From assembly GCF_001194135.2 (NCBI RefSeq), contig NC_068983.1, positions 145,291,258 through 145,354,948 on the forward strand: a DNA stretch of 63,691 bases. Direction: 5' to 3'. How positions within the stretch are numbered: position 1 is the first letter of the stretch; every line of letters begins with the position of its first letter. Shown piece by piece: positions 1 through 12,027 of the stretch. The notes under the pieces are model-generated. The model worked only from the letters and a program-made list of their open reading frames with translations, was not told the origin of the DNA and made no database searches. The DNA comes from Octopus bimaculoides (taxonomy: Eukaryota). The position numbers were made by a program, and so were the translations under genes.

Positions 1-1395
1 TGAAAAATAGGTAAAGAATACTGAGATGAAAGTTTAATCTATGACGTTGTATGTATCACTTTCTCTCTCTCTCTCCCTCTCCCTCTTTAACTCTTACTCT
101 CTATATTTTTATGTTGAGCGCGTGTGTAAGAATGACGTTCCAGGTAGCAGGGATGAAATATAAAAGTTGCTAGAAACAACAGCCAAATCTCCCTTAAATC
201 ACACAAAGTAAACGGAATTTTAAAAATCTAATTACTGCACTGGAAAGTTCAGATCGAGAAAATTCCATTGATGTAAAAAAATTTTACGAAAAAGTGGAAA
301 ATGTGGATTTCTATAAACATTCAAAAAGGCTTCACACAAACACACAATTTCAGATTTATATATTAAGAAGATTAGTTTTACAATTGGAAAAAAAAACTTA
401 TTAAAATTTTCTCTGTTAGTTTCAAACAAGTGTTTAACTTTGTCCAAATGGATAGTTTTTGTTTCTTTTTTAATTTGTACGTTTTCTTTTTAAATTCTTT
501 AAATCTACTGAAATCTGTTGGTCGTTCTTTTGAACTTCGTTGTTATCGAACTGAAAGTTCCCAATCGAATAGCTGGAATAGTTTATTTTGAGGCGGATAT
601 TTCTGAGTCTTGAAACAGAACTTGTGCTTTGGTAAATCCGGGTCACCGTTATCAAAGAAGAACACTTTTTTATGCATTCTTTTTATGAATTCTCAAGATT
701 TTGGGGATTAACTATTTTCTATAGTAATTATTCAGCTAAAGGAAGGGTTACACAATAGTACAAAACAATCTAGGAGAGAAAATTCAACAAAATGATGTAG
801 GTTAGTTAATCTTTCTAATTTTAGCACAAGACCTGCAATTTCGAGGGGAGGAGCAAATCGATTACATCGATCCCATTACTTGACCAATACTTTATTTTAT
901 CGAACCAAAAAGAATTATAGGTAAAATTGACCTCGGTAGAATTTGAACTCGATACACAATGAATCGGAAGTAATGTCTCTAAGCATTATGTTCGACGCAC
1001 TGAGGATTCTGCCAACTCACTACCTTGATATGTAAAATAATAATCCTTTCCACTATAGGCACAACGGCTGAAATTTGATGGGTGGGGAGGGCTAATCGAT
1101 TACAGAGGGAGACAGACAGAACAAATTCTGACTTCAAACCTCTGCTGCTTTACAGAACTATCCACCCATTGGAAATATTTTGAGGGTAAGCCCTGAGAAA
1201 AATCCTTAAAGCTGACCGACATTGTTCTCGCAACTGCTTCCACACTGGCGCTAAGTTATACTAGCCCTTTTGGACAACAGTGGTGTGGGAACGAGAGAGC
1301 TGCTACACAGGCAACTGGTGGTCTCCCATACTAATCCTGCCCAGGCCTGACTCTTTGCGCTCTGAAAGACATTCGGATCGTTTGTATTATATTTT

Positions 1396-2124
1396 ATCTT
1401 TTACTTGTTTCAGTCATATTACTGCGGAGCATCACCTTGAAGGGTTTTAGTTGAACAAATCGACCCCAGGACTTTTTTAAAGCCTAGTACTTATTATATC
1501 GGTTTCTTTTTGCCAAAACACTAAGTTACGGGGACGTAAACATGCCAACACTGATTGTCAAAAACATACAAAAACACACGCACATAGACATATACATACA
1601 TACGACGGGCTTCTTTCAGTTTACGTCTACCAAATCCACTCACAAAGCTTTGGTCAACTCGAGGCTATAGTAGAAGACTCTTACCCAAGTTATTATGCAG
1701 TGGACTGAACCAGGAACCTTGTGGTTGAGAAGCAAGCTTATATATATATATATATATNNNNNNNNNNNNNNNNNNNNNNNNNNNNNNNNNNNNNNNNNNN
1801 NNNNNNNNNNNNNNNNNNNNNNNNNNNNNNNNNNNNNNNNNNNNNNNNNNNNNNNNNNNNNNNNNNNNNNNNNNNNNNNNNNNNNNNNNNNNNNNNNNNN
1901 NNNNNNNNNNNNNNNNNNNNNNNNNNNNNNNNNNNNNNNNNNNNNNNNNNNNNNNNNNNNNNNNNNNNNNNNNNNNNNNNNNNNNNNNNNNNNNNNNNNN
2001 NNNNNNNNNNNNNNNNNNNNNNNNNNNNNNNNNNNNNNNNNNNNNNNNNNNNNNNNNNNNNNNNNNNNNNNNNNNNNNNNNNNNNNNNNNNNNNNNNNNN
2101 NNNNNNNNNNNNNNNNNNNNNNNN

Positions 2125-2164
<40 letters not shown>

Positions 2165-3523
2165 GACGGGATTCTTTAAAAGTTTCCGTTTGCCAAATCC
2201 ACTCAAAAAGCTTTGGTCGGTCCAAGGCTATAGTAGAAGTGCCAGGTGTTTCTTGTTACAAAGTGGAATCCTTTTTCTTGAGCGATTCCCAAACATCTTG
2301 CTGGTGAACTTTGATACGGCCACACAGTTATTCTCATAACATGTCCTTTGCTATCATTCACTTTTTATTTTACGTTTCAGTCATTGGACTGCAGCCACGC
2401 TGGGGCACTGCCTTGAAGAGTTTGGGCAAATAAATGGACCCAGTCTTATTTTAAAGTTTTGTAGTTATTCTATCGGGCTCTTGTGACGAACCACTAAGTT
2501 ACGACAGCATAAACAAACCAATGCCGGTTGTCATGTGGTAGGAGGACACACACACACGATGGGATTTTACGCAGGTTCTATCTACCACATTCCCTCACAA
2601 GGAATTGGTCGGCCTGGGGCTGTAGTAAATAATATTTGTCCAAAGTGTCACGCAGTGGTACTGAGCCCGAAACGACGTCGTTGTAAATCGAGTTTCTTAA
2701 CCACATAGTTATGCCCGCGAACATATTCCACAAAAATTCCCATCGCTGCAAATCGGAATTCTCTATTGAACTATGCCTTGCGGATTATTTTTGCACTGTC
2801 TGCATTAAACTTGTTGCTCGGTTTGAACTTGAGACAGTTTTGTAATGATGTAACGTCTATTGCCAAACACATATTTAAAAAACATTGTTCTTGCAGACGT
2901 GGCCGTGTGGTAAAAAGTTTGCTTCACCACCACATGGTCCCGAGTTCAGTCCCATTGCGTGGCAAATATTTTCTACTCTAGCCTCGGGCCAACCAAAGCC
3001 TTGTGAGTTTGGCAGACGGAAACTGAAGGAAGCCCGTTATATATACATATATATATATATACATATATNNNNNNNNNNNNNNNNNNNNNNNNNNNNNNNN
3101 NNNNNNNNNNNNNNNNNNNNNNNNNNNNNNNNNNNNNNNNNNNNNNNNNNNNNNNNNNNNNNNNNNNNNNNNNNNNNNNNNNNNNNNNNNNNNNNNNNNN
3201 NNNNNNNNNNNNNNNNNNNNNNNNNNNNNNNNNNNNNNNNNNNNNNNNNNNNNNNNNNNNNNNNNNNNNNNNNNTATATATATAGGGGACAACACCGCAC
3301 CCATATATATAGGGGGAGGGGGTTCCCCCTCCACCGCTTGACAACCAGTGTTGGTGAGTTTATGCACCCGTAACTTAGCAATTCGGCAAAAGAGAACGAT
3401 AGAATAAGTACCAAGCTTTAAAAAATAAGTAGTGGAGTCAATTCATTCGACTAAAAATTCTTCAAGGCGGTGCCCCAGCATGGCTACAGTCTAATGACTG
3501 AAACAAAACATAAACGATAAAAG
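1396..3523. mobile_element. Cluster of the same tRNA-SINE family (1396-1738 minus, 2162-2260 minus partial, 2365-2719 minus, 2892-3523 plus)
   Basis: Shared diagnostic blocks GGGCTTCTTTCAGTTT and GGCTATAGTAGAAGAC. Further copies at 48165-48350, 52658-52980, 58230-58420 and 62690-62880. Confidence 0.8.
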
Positions 3524-4933
3524 ACTGTTATAAATTAGAATTTTCTAACGAACTTTTCTCAAATGCCTCCCAGGTCAACTCAGCATTGTTATGCTTTATA
3601 CACTTTTACGATTTAATGATCTCTGGACAACTTTGTAACAATGTGATTTGTTGCGAACATTTAAACATTCAAAATCTTTTGAACCGTTTGAATAATTTTT
3701 TTCAAAAGAATTTTAAAAACCGTAATTATGTTTGAACTCTTATAAAATGCTTATTGGGTGAAATCAACAGAGCCTTCTGTGACACTCTTCACAAATCAAC
3801 TTTTATTCAATTATCTTTTTTATATTTTTTGTTTTTATATTCTTATTATTGTTGCATTTTAATTTTTAATTTTGTCTGTTTTTTGGGGGGTTTTTTTTCT
3901 CGCTCTTATATAAATTCATTTGATTCACTCTGTCCATTTCTTGACAAACGTAAAATTTTGTTGATGCCAAAAGAATTTATAAACTTTCGAGAAAACGTGA
4001 AATAATTCTTTTTCTGTAACAGTGGATCTCAAAACACATAAAGCTATAAAAAAATAGCACATAAACATTCAGTTGTAAAACCTTTAAGATCGAAAATTCA
4101 AAGGCTACCCGCGAAACACGAGTCCACATCTCCTATGGATACGACAGGCGCTTTTCAACCCTATATTTATTTATAGTTTCATTTGCTTCGAGATGCATTA
4201 TACAAAAAAATCAAAACTCAGTGTCAATGTGTGACGTTTCAGTTCTATTTCCCTGGGGTTTCAGAAGTCTCTTAGCACTTAATTGATACATAAAATGCCT
4301 ATCATTTCGATATCTGTAATGCTGTCTCTATTTTGTTCACACATTATATATATATATATATATATATTAGAATGTCACCAAGAAAACAAAACGAGAAAAA
4401 ATTCATCGTCCTAAAATGGCGCAAAAGAACAAATCAGTTGCTCGTTTTCTCATTTATGTAGGACCATCTAGGTTTTTCTATGGATACATATCACTCCAGT
4501 TGTATGTGTATATTTTTATGCACGCGCACGTGTGTCTCAGCGTCAACAGCAGCGCCCAATCATCAAATTCCGCTGACTATCAACCTGACAGAAATAGTTG
4601 CCAAACAAGAAACTTCTAAATAAAGCAACAAAAATTTCTTTCTAATCACAACCCTAACATCTTAAAACAGGAACTTTACTATTGATAATGCAGTCTAGTT
4701 AAAAGATGGATTTGCCATTGCTAGAATGTTTTTGATAACTTTGCTGAATCAGGCTATTTTGGGACTAAATAAAAGCAACAACTAAGGGGATCTATTTTAA
4801 AACGGGGGCGCCAGTATTTTCTTAACGAAACACNNNNNNNNNNNNNNNNNNNNNNNNNNNNNNNNNNNNNNNNNNNNNNNNNNNNNNNNNNNNNNNNNNN
4901 NNNNNNNNNNNNNNNNNNNNNNNNNNNNNNNNN

Positions 4934-4966
<33 letters not shown>

Positions 4967-5094
4967 TATGCACACATATATATGTACATATATATGTATA
5001 CACATATATACATACACACATATATATACATATATATGTATATGTACATGTATGTATATATATGTATACACATATACACACACAAACATGGACA

Positions 5095-6160
5095 TCATCA
5101 TCATCATCATTTAACGTCCGCTTTCCATGCTAGCATGGGTTGGACGATTTGACTGAGGACTGGTGAAACCGGATGGCAACACCAGGCTCCAATCTAATTT
5201 GGCAGAGTTTCTACAGCTGGATGCCCTTCCTAACGCTAACCACTCAGAGAGTGTAGTGGGTGCTTTTACGTGTCACCCGCACGAAAACAGCCACGCTCGA
5301 AATGGTGTCTTTTATGTGCCACCCGCACAAGAGCCAGTCCAGGGGCACTGGCAACGATCTCGCTCGAAAACCCTANNNNNNNNNNNNNNNNNNNNNNNNN
5401 NNNNNNNNNNNNNNNNNNNNNNNNNNNNNNNNNNNNNNNNNNNNNNNNNNNNNNNNNNNNNNNNNNNNNNNNNNNNNNNNNNNNNNNNNNNNNNNNNNNN
5501 NNNNNNNNNNNNNNNNNNNNNNNNNNNNNNNNNNNNNNNNNNNNNNNNNNNNNNNNNNNNNNNNNNNNNNNNNNNNNNNNNNNNNNNNNNNNNNNNNNNN
5601 NNNNNNNNNNNNNNNNNNNNNNNNNNNNNNNNNNNNNNNNNNNNNNNNNNNNNNNNNNNNNNNNNNNNNNNNNNNNNNNNNNNNNNNNNNNNNNNNNNNN
5701 NNNNNNNNNNNNNNNNNNNNNNNNNNNNNNNNNNNNNNNNNNNNNNNNNNNNNNNNNNNNNNNNNNNNNNNNNNNNNNNNNNNNNNNNNNNNNNNNNNNN
5801 NNNNNNNNNNNNNNNNNNNNNNNNNNNNNNNNNNNNNNNNNTTCACTGCCATGTAGCATGGCTGTTCGTACACATGCGTCATACAGTCTGCCTTTTACCC
5901 TGAGTGAGAGTCCCTTTGTCGCCAGCAGAGATAAGAGCTCTCTAAACTTGGCCCAGGCTATTCTTATTCTAGCAGTTACACTTTCAGTGCACCCACCCCC
6001 ACTACTAACTTGGTCACCCAGATAGCGGAAGCTATCAACTACCTCTAGTTTTTCTCCCTGGAATGAGATAGAAGTTGTTTCCTGTTTGTTTACAGTGTTT
6101 ATTGCACCTGAACATCTGCCACATACAAAGACTAACTTTGTAGTTAATCTGCCTTTGATA
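5095..6160 (-). mobile_element. 5'-truncated RTE-clade LINE (RT C-terminal region plus 3' UTR, (GAT)n tail), interrupted by a gap
   Basis: Peptide LEVVDSFRYLGDQVSSGGGCTESVTARIRIAWAKFRELL...GRLYDACVRTAMLHGSE is a typical RTE RT C-terminus; (CAT)n on + at 5095-5110. Confidence 0.85.
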
Positions 6161-6199
6161 TTGCTAGATGTACAAAATGAAAAATATAACAAGAATAAA

Positions 6200-7516
6200 A
6201 TACTATTAAAACTGAATTAAGAATTTATTGAAATATTTTATTATAAATTAAAATTGGCAGGTTTACTACAAATAGTTAAAACAAAAAAAAAAGAAAACAT
6301 TAATTATAATAGTAATTCATGAAGGTTTTATGTGGTGTTTCACTCATTAACTTTAGAATTTCACATTCATAGATACTTTTAAATTTGATAAAATAAATTC
6401 ACATTTAATAGTCGTGTTTTGCATTGGAACAAAGCTATTATTTCTTTTTATTATTATTATTTTTTTTTTTTTTCTGCGGAGAGGTTCACAGTCAATTTAC
6501 TTGACTCCCAATATTTGACAAGAACTTATTTTTATCCATCCTGAATGAAAGGCAAAGCCAACTTCCAGCACAAAAGTGAACTGAAAACATAAAGGGACAT
6601 AATTAAATACCAGCACACATTTGTTCCAGTGCTCGACCAATTCCGCCATTCACCACCATGTTAGTAGTAAGAATAGCAAATGGCTCCTGATATAAGCACA
6701 AGACCATTATTATTTTTCATTGGAAGGGTGTAATCAATTAAACCAAGCCAGCTATTTTTATTCATCCCCAGAGGGATGAAGGGCAAGACTGACCCAGGCG
6801 CAATTTAACTTGAAGAAACTGCAAGCAACAAGTCTGAATGTAAAATAATTACATTTCAATATTGATTTATTACTAATAACAAAAATGATAATTCTATATT
6901 TAAAGGAAAAATTTGTAAAAGAAACAGAAATTGTGAACATTGTTTTGGGGGTAGGTTTTTAATCAGTGAAAGGTATCACAATATCAAAGAAGATGATAGC
7001 AAAATTCCACAGGAGAATATGACAACATTAGTATAGTAGGCATTGCTGATGCAAAGAGGAGAAACAGGGAATATATGTTGTAATTTCTGCAACATAATAC
7101 ACTCACACATACATATATACATGCACACACATACATACACACTTTCATAAATATCTATCCATATATATATATACATGCAAACTTATGTATGCATATATAT
7201 ATGTACACTTACACAACCATACATAAATGCACTCACACACACACACACACAAACAACTTTTCACTCATCCATTCACGTATATATAATCTACGAAAATATA
7301 TGAAGAGCATTAGTTGTCAAGAAAGTCATGCTACAGATTATTAAGAAGTCTTTCTNNNNNNNNNNNNNNNNNNNNNNNNNNNNNNNNNNNNNNNNNNNNN
7401 NNNNNNNNNNNNNNNNNNNNNNNNNNNNNNNNNNNNNNNNNNNNNNNNNNNNNNNNNNNNNNNNNNNNNNNNNNNNNNNNNNTATATACAAACTTATGTA
7501 TGCATATATATATATT

Positions 7517-7558
<42 letters not shown>

Positions 7559-7799
7559 AACTTATGTATGCATATATATATGTACACTTACACAACCATA
7601 CATAAATGCACTCACACACACACACACACAAACAACTTTTCACTCATCCATTCACGTATATATAATCTACGAAAATATATGAAGAGCATTAGTTGTCAAG
7701 AAAGTCATGCTACAGATTATTAAGAAGTCTTTCTGAAGCATTGGTCAAGAAACAACATTGTTGTACCAACCGATACCTCACTTTGAGTATTTTTTCCCT
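6200..7799 (-). other. Probable SERINC 3' UTR (AU-rich) with candidate AATAAA signals near 6225-6242
   Basis: Directly follows the stop codon; TTTATT on the + strand near 6230 and 6240. The true 3' end is not determinable from sequence alone. Confidence 0.4.
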
Positions 7800-7938
7800 T
7801 TAAGTAAAATCTCTGTTTCTCAGTATAATTGGTGCAACCAAGGTCCACACATATAAAGCCAGAGCAAGCCAACAGGAGATCATTTTCACCCACATTGATG
7901 CAAAGTTGGAATTTAATGTTTTCAAATCTGAGCTTGGT
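7800..7938 (-). CDS. SERINC: SERINC exon 12, terminal (RPSSDLKTLNSNFASMWVKMISCWLALALYVWTLVAPIILRNRDFT*)
   Basis: TTTGTAG acceptor, 139 nt ending in TAA. WVK..S.W....LY.WTLVAP....NRDF is the family C-terminus. Confidence 0.97.
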
Positions 7939-8134
7939 CTACAAATAGAAACAAAACAAACAGAGGAAAATTATAACAGCATCTATATTTTTAAGAACAT
8001 GAAAATGAAAACTGACAATGAAACACTTCTTTCCTTTTATTTGGTCTGGGATGCATATAGTTACTATATGTAATTGTATTATGTAACATAACAGAGCTAC
8101 AGAATACAACCACAAAAATTATATAATATGGATG

Positions 8135-8169
<35 letters not shown>

Positions 8170-8173
<4 letters not shown>

Positions 8174-9090
8174 CATCATCATTTGACATTGGTTGTCCAT
8201 GCCAGCATGGGTTTGACCAGGGCTGGCAGGCTTCACCAGTCTAATTTGGCATGGTTTCTACAGTGAGTTTCCCGTTCTAAAGCCAGCCACTCTGAGAGTG
8301 TAATGGGTGCTTTTACATGCCACCAGTGTCTTCTATGACTGTGGTTCTGCTCAGCCTGGTGGGTCTTCTTCTCAAGCAAGACATAAGGCCAAAGGTCTCG
8401 TTCATTGCCTCCATGAAGCCGAACATGAGTCACTTTGCCTCTGTGAGGCCTAAAGCTCAAAAGGTGCATTTTATGTGCTACTGGCATGGGTATCAGTAAC
8501 GTGACACCAGCAATGACTAAGATTTTACGTGGTTTGATGGGTCCTCTCAAGCACAACACATCGCCAAAGGTTTTAGTCACTAGTCATTGTTTCCATGAGG
8601 CCAAAAGTTCAAAGATCATGCTTCACCACTTCAACCCATATCTTCCTGGGGCTACCTCTACTACAGGTTCCCTCCACAGTCAGAGATCGGCATTTCTTTA
8701 CACAGCCATCCATACACATCACATGACCATACCAGCACAGTTGTCTCTCTTGCATACCACATCTGATGCCTCTTACACCTAACTTTTCTCTCAAGATGCT
8801 TACACTCTGAAGAACATGCACATTAACATTGCACATCTAGCAAAGCATACTGGCTTCATTTCTTTCAAGTCTATGCATGTCCTCAGCTATCACAGCCCAC
8901 GTTTCACTGCCATGTAGCACAGCTGTTCACACACAGGAATCATACAATCTGCCTTTCACTCAGTGAGAGAGGCCCTTTGTTGCCAAGAGAAGTAGGAGCT
9001 CTCTGAACTTTGCCCAGCATATTCTTATTCTCAGTCTCGGAGCATCCACCTCTACTACTGACTTGGTCACCTAGATAACGGAAGCTATCT
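8170..9090 (-). mobile_element. Degenerate RTE LINE 3' fragment in SERINC intron 11
   Basis: Peptides LREKLGVRGIRCGMQERQLCWYGHV and RGSPRKIWVEVVKHDL; same family as 5095-6160; (CAT)n tail. Confidence 0.85.
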
Positions 9091-9727
9091 AGTTATATTA
9101 TGCTATACCATATTCTTTTTACTGTTTCTAGAGTGGTTGTTAGTAAATGCATACAAATACATCAGTAAGAAGGTAAGTGTATGGTCTGCCAATAAAGCCA
9201 TTTGTAAGATGATAACAAGGCAGTACAATCAATAACAAATAAAACTTTAGTCTTCATACACACACAAATAAACACACAAACATATAATATATATATGACA
9301 TGTAAAAGGCATCCTTGCCAGTGACATGTAAATGACACCTGTACTGGTGACACATAAATGGCACCCATGTTAGAGTTGTTATTACCTTTTCACTTTTATT
9401 CCTCCCCTGATGTTGTACAGCAGGGAATGTTTTTAATGATTTGGATATTTACAAATATATTGGATTGAATGCTCTTCCTTTTGCTAAACACTCAGCCAAA
9501 ATACAGGTGGCCTTATGAAGTAAAGAGCATCTATCTAGATTACATAATAATAAGTAAAGAGCATCTATCTAGCTAACATAATAATAAGAAAGAAGAAGCA
9601 AAGTGGCTGCAGTAAGGTTTTGAACTGGCAACCAATGTAATCGGTTGTCAATCTGGAATGTTTAAACAGTGGTGGCAGATGTGTTTCTAATTAATTAATT
9701 AATGAAATTATTAAAAAGCATACTAAC

Positions 9728-9881
9728 CTAAACCAGTTGGTGAGAGTCATCATGACATAGAGAGAGGCTAGGCAGAACATGAAGTGAAAGAAAGAGTAGC
9801 TGTAAGCAACCTCTTCATCCTCGTTGTCCCAGACATTCTGTCCACTTTTTCCAGTTTCACCATCTTCAGATTTAGTGGAAC
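9728..9881 (-). CDS. SERINC: SERINC exon 11 ([51 protein letters not shown])
   Basis: CCTTTAG acceptor, GTTAGT donor, 154 nt. Hallmark DNE...[21 protein letters not shown] motif. Confidence 0.97.
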
Positions 9882-11460
9882 CTAAAGGAAACAAAAGATA
9901 AATTGTTAAAAACATGACAGAAAAGAAAAACAGCTGATAGCACCTGGTTATTGCCTTGGTACAAAATGAAACAAAAAAAAAGTCATTATCAATTTGCATT
10001 ACGTTGACATTAAAAAACAAATTATCCACTTCCTTATTAGATTCAGATTACAACTGAGACTGTTTACATTTTACAAATTGTTGCCATTTCAACCAAACAC
10101 TGCAACATTTCAATTTTTCGGACCACAAAATACCAATCTGCAACATAATTGCATTTTTAAGAGTTTTATTTTTTTTATTTTTGTAGCAGATACGTTTTAT
10201 TTTATTTTAAGTTTTGTAAATTCCATCTCCCACTAACAAAAAAAAAAGGTAATATTTAATAAACAAAAGTTTCAAATTTTACACAGTGTAATTTAATGTC
10301 CCATTGGTTGACTGGTGACAACAAATTCCTAATAAGGCTTATTCAGAAATACAATAGCTACAAACGTTATTCTTAGGTAAAAGAAAGAATTTAAATCTAT
10401 TCAAAGAATTAGGTTATTTCGCAAGCGATTTAGAAACTCCATTATCTTTTAAAATTTATTTCTTCAAAATTACAGAATTACAATGTTCATTCATAGTTGA
10501 TTTGCGAAATCAATACCTCTCTGTGATTAAACAAGTACGAAATAATAAAATTTCAAAATAGTAACACTGGGCTCAATGTTATTAATGGCAACTCAATAGT
10601 AACATTGAGTCCAAGGGAAATGGTTGTAGTGATAATTATAACTTTTTATTTGTATTTTTAAATCTAAAAACAAAAAATATAAAAAAAGAAACTAGTAAAA
10701 AGAAAACCTGGGAGCAGTGCAGTTTATAGAAAAGTTTAAACGTGTAGTAAGGGGTGTGTAAAAAGAATAATTATATATATATATAAAAGCAGCAATAATG
10801 CAGCTTTGTGAAATGGGGAATAAATTAAATGAAGTAACTAGAATCAAATCATGCAGATATTAAGTGCCAATTCAAATCAAAGTAGTTAATTAAAGCTTTG
10901 CATAATTAGATTAATAAACTAATTTTGCAAAATTATACATTTAAAAATTTATAATCTATTATTCACTTCACAAAAAGACATTTTTATCATGTATAATCTT
11001 ATTAGTGAAGTACAGACTACATACTAATCATGAACTGCTAGAGTTCTTTAGTTTCATAGAAATAACAGCAAATCTCTATCATAAAAGGAAGGCCATGTCG
11101 AATAATGTGTAAGATAAACTGTTAGAAAAGATTAATCAATTAGAATGCGCTTAATCATAGGTCTACTCAATTAGTGCTGGCCCTAAACAATAACTGATAT
11201 TTACTTCTACTATATGGGTAACTGTTTAATTTACTCTAATTACATATGTAAAAATCTTTACGAAGCATTACTTAATATCTTGATAATCATTATCATTTAA
11301 TATCTATGTTCTATATAATATCTATGAAAACATTGCAGACTGTAATTCAATATAATATGCTTTGTTTCCATTTATATAATGTGCATACTTATAAGAATAT
11401 ATTACTATTTTATAGCAGAGTAAAAGCTTAAGAGCTTGAGTAGGGATTATAAGTTTTTTT

Positions 11461-12027
11461 GGATCTATTTTAAAACGGGGGCCACATTTTTCATTAATGT
11501 TTTACGTAGTGTTTTTGGTACGGAAAGACTTTCAAACTTCGTATACTTATCTATTTTGTGTTATAGAACAGAAATATATTTTTGTATTCGAATTTATTTC
11601 ATGTAAAAAATTGTCTTATTTCGATAATTTCAACCAATCACTGACAAGTATTCAGTTGTTTACATTTACTCCTTTGGCTGATTAAGAGAGGTAAAGCGTA
11701 TTTAATCTCCAAACCTTCGTTTTATTGCTTTTTTCATTTTAAACTTGCTTTAACCCTAACCCTAGGGTTAAGGTTAGGGTTAGGGTTAATTGTTTCAGAA
11801 TCATTTGTTTATGTAGTCGGCACTTAATGTATATCGGCTGAATGGACGTCAGTGATTGGTTGAAATTACAGAAATACGACAACTTTAACATGGAATAACT
11901 TATGGATTTCTTTTTTTTTTAAGAAGACTAAGAGAAAAAGATGTTTTATATGACACATTCTACCAGTGTTCCAAGTTTCAAAGTGTTTCGTTAATGAAAA
12001 ATGTGGTCCCCGTTTTAAAAAGGATCC
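11461..12027. mobile_element. 567-bp non-autonomous DNA transposon with about 39-bp TIRs and 8-bp TSD
   Basis: Left GGATCTATTTTAAAACGGGGGCCACATTTTTCATTAA, right TTAATGAAAAATGTGGTCCCCGTTTTAAAAAGGATCC; flanks GTTTTTTT. A related TIR starts at 4788. Confidence 0.8.

Noticed and set aside
230-700. Short open frames in unique-looking sequence at the window start
   Set aside because: No recognisable homology or convincing splice sites; cannot be supported without flanking sequence.
7177-7734. About 180-bp exact direct duplication flanking the gap at 7356-7482
   Set aside because: Identical sequence on both sides of a gap indicates unmerged overlapping contig ends, an assembly artefact.
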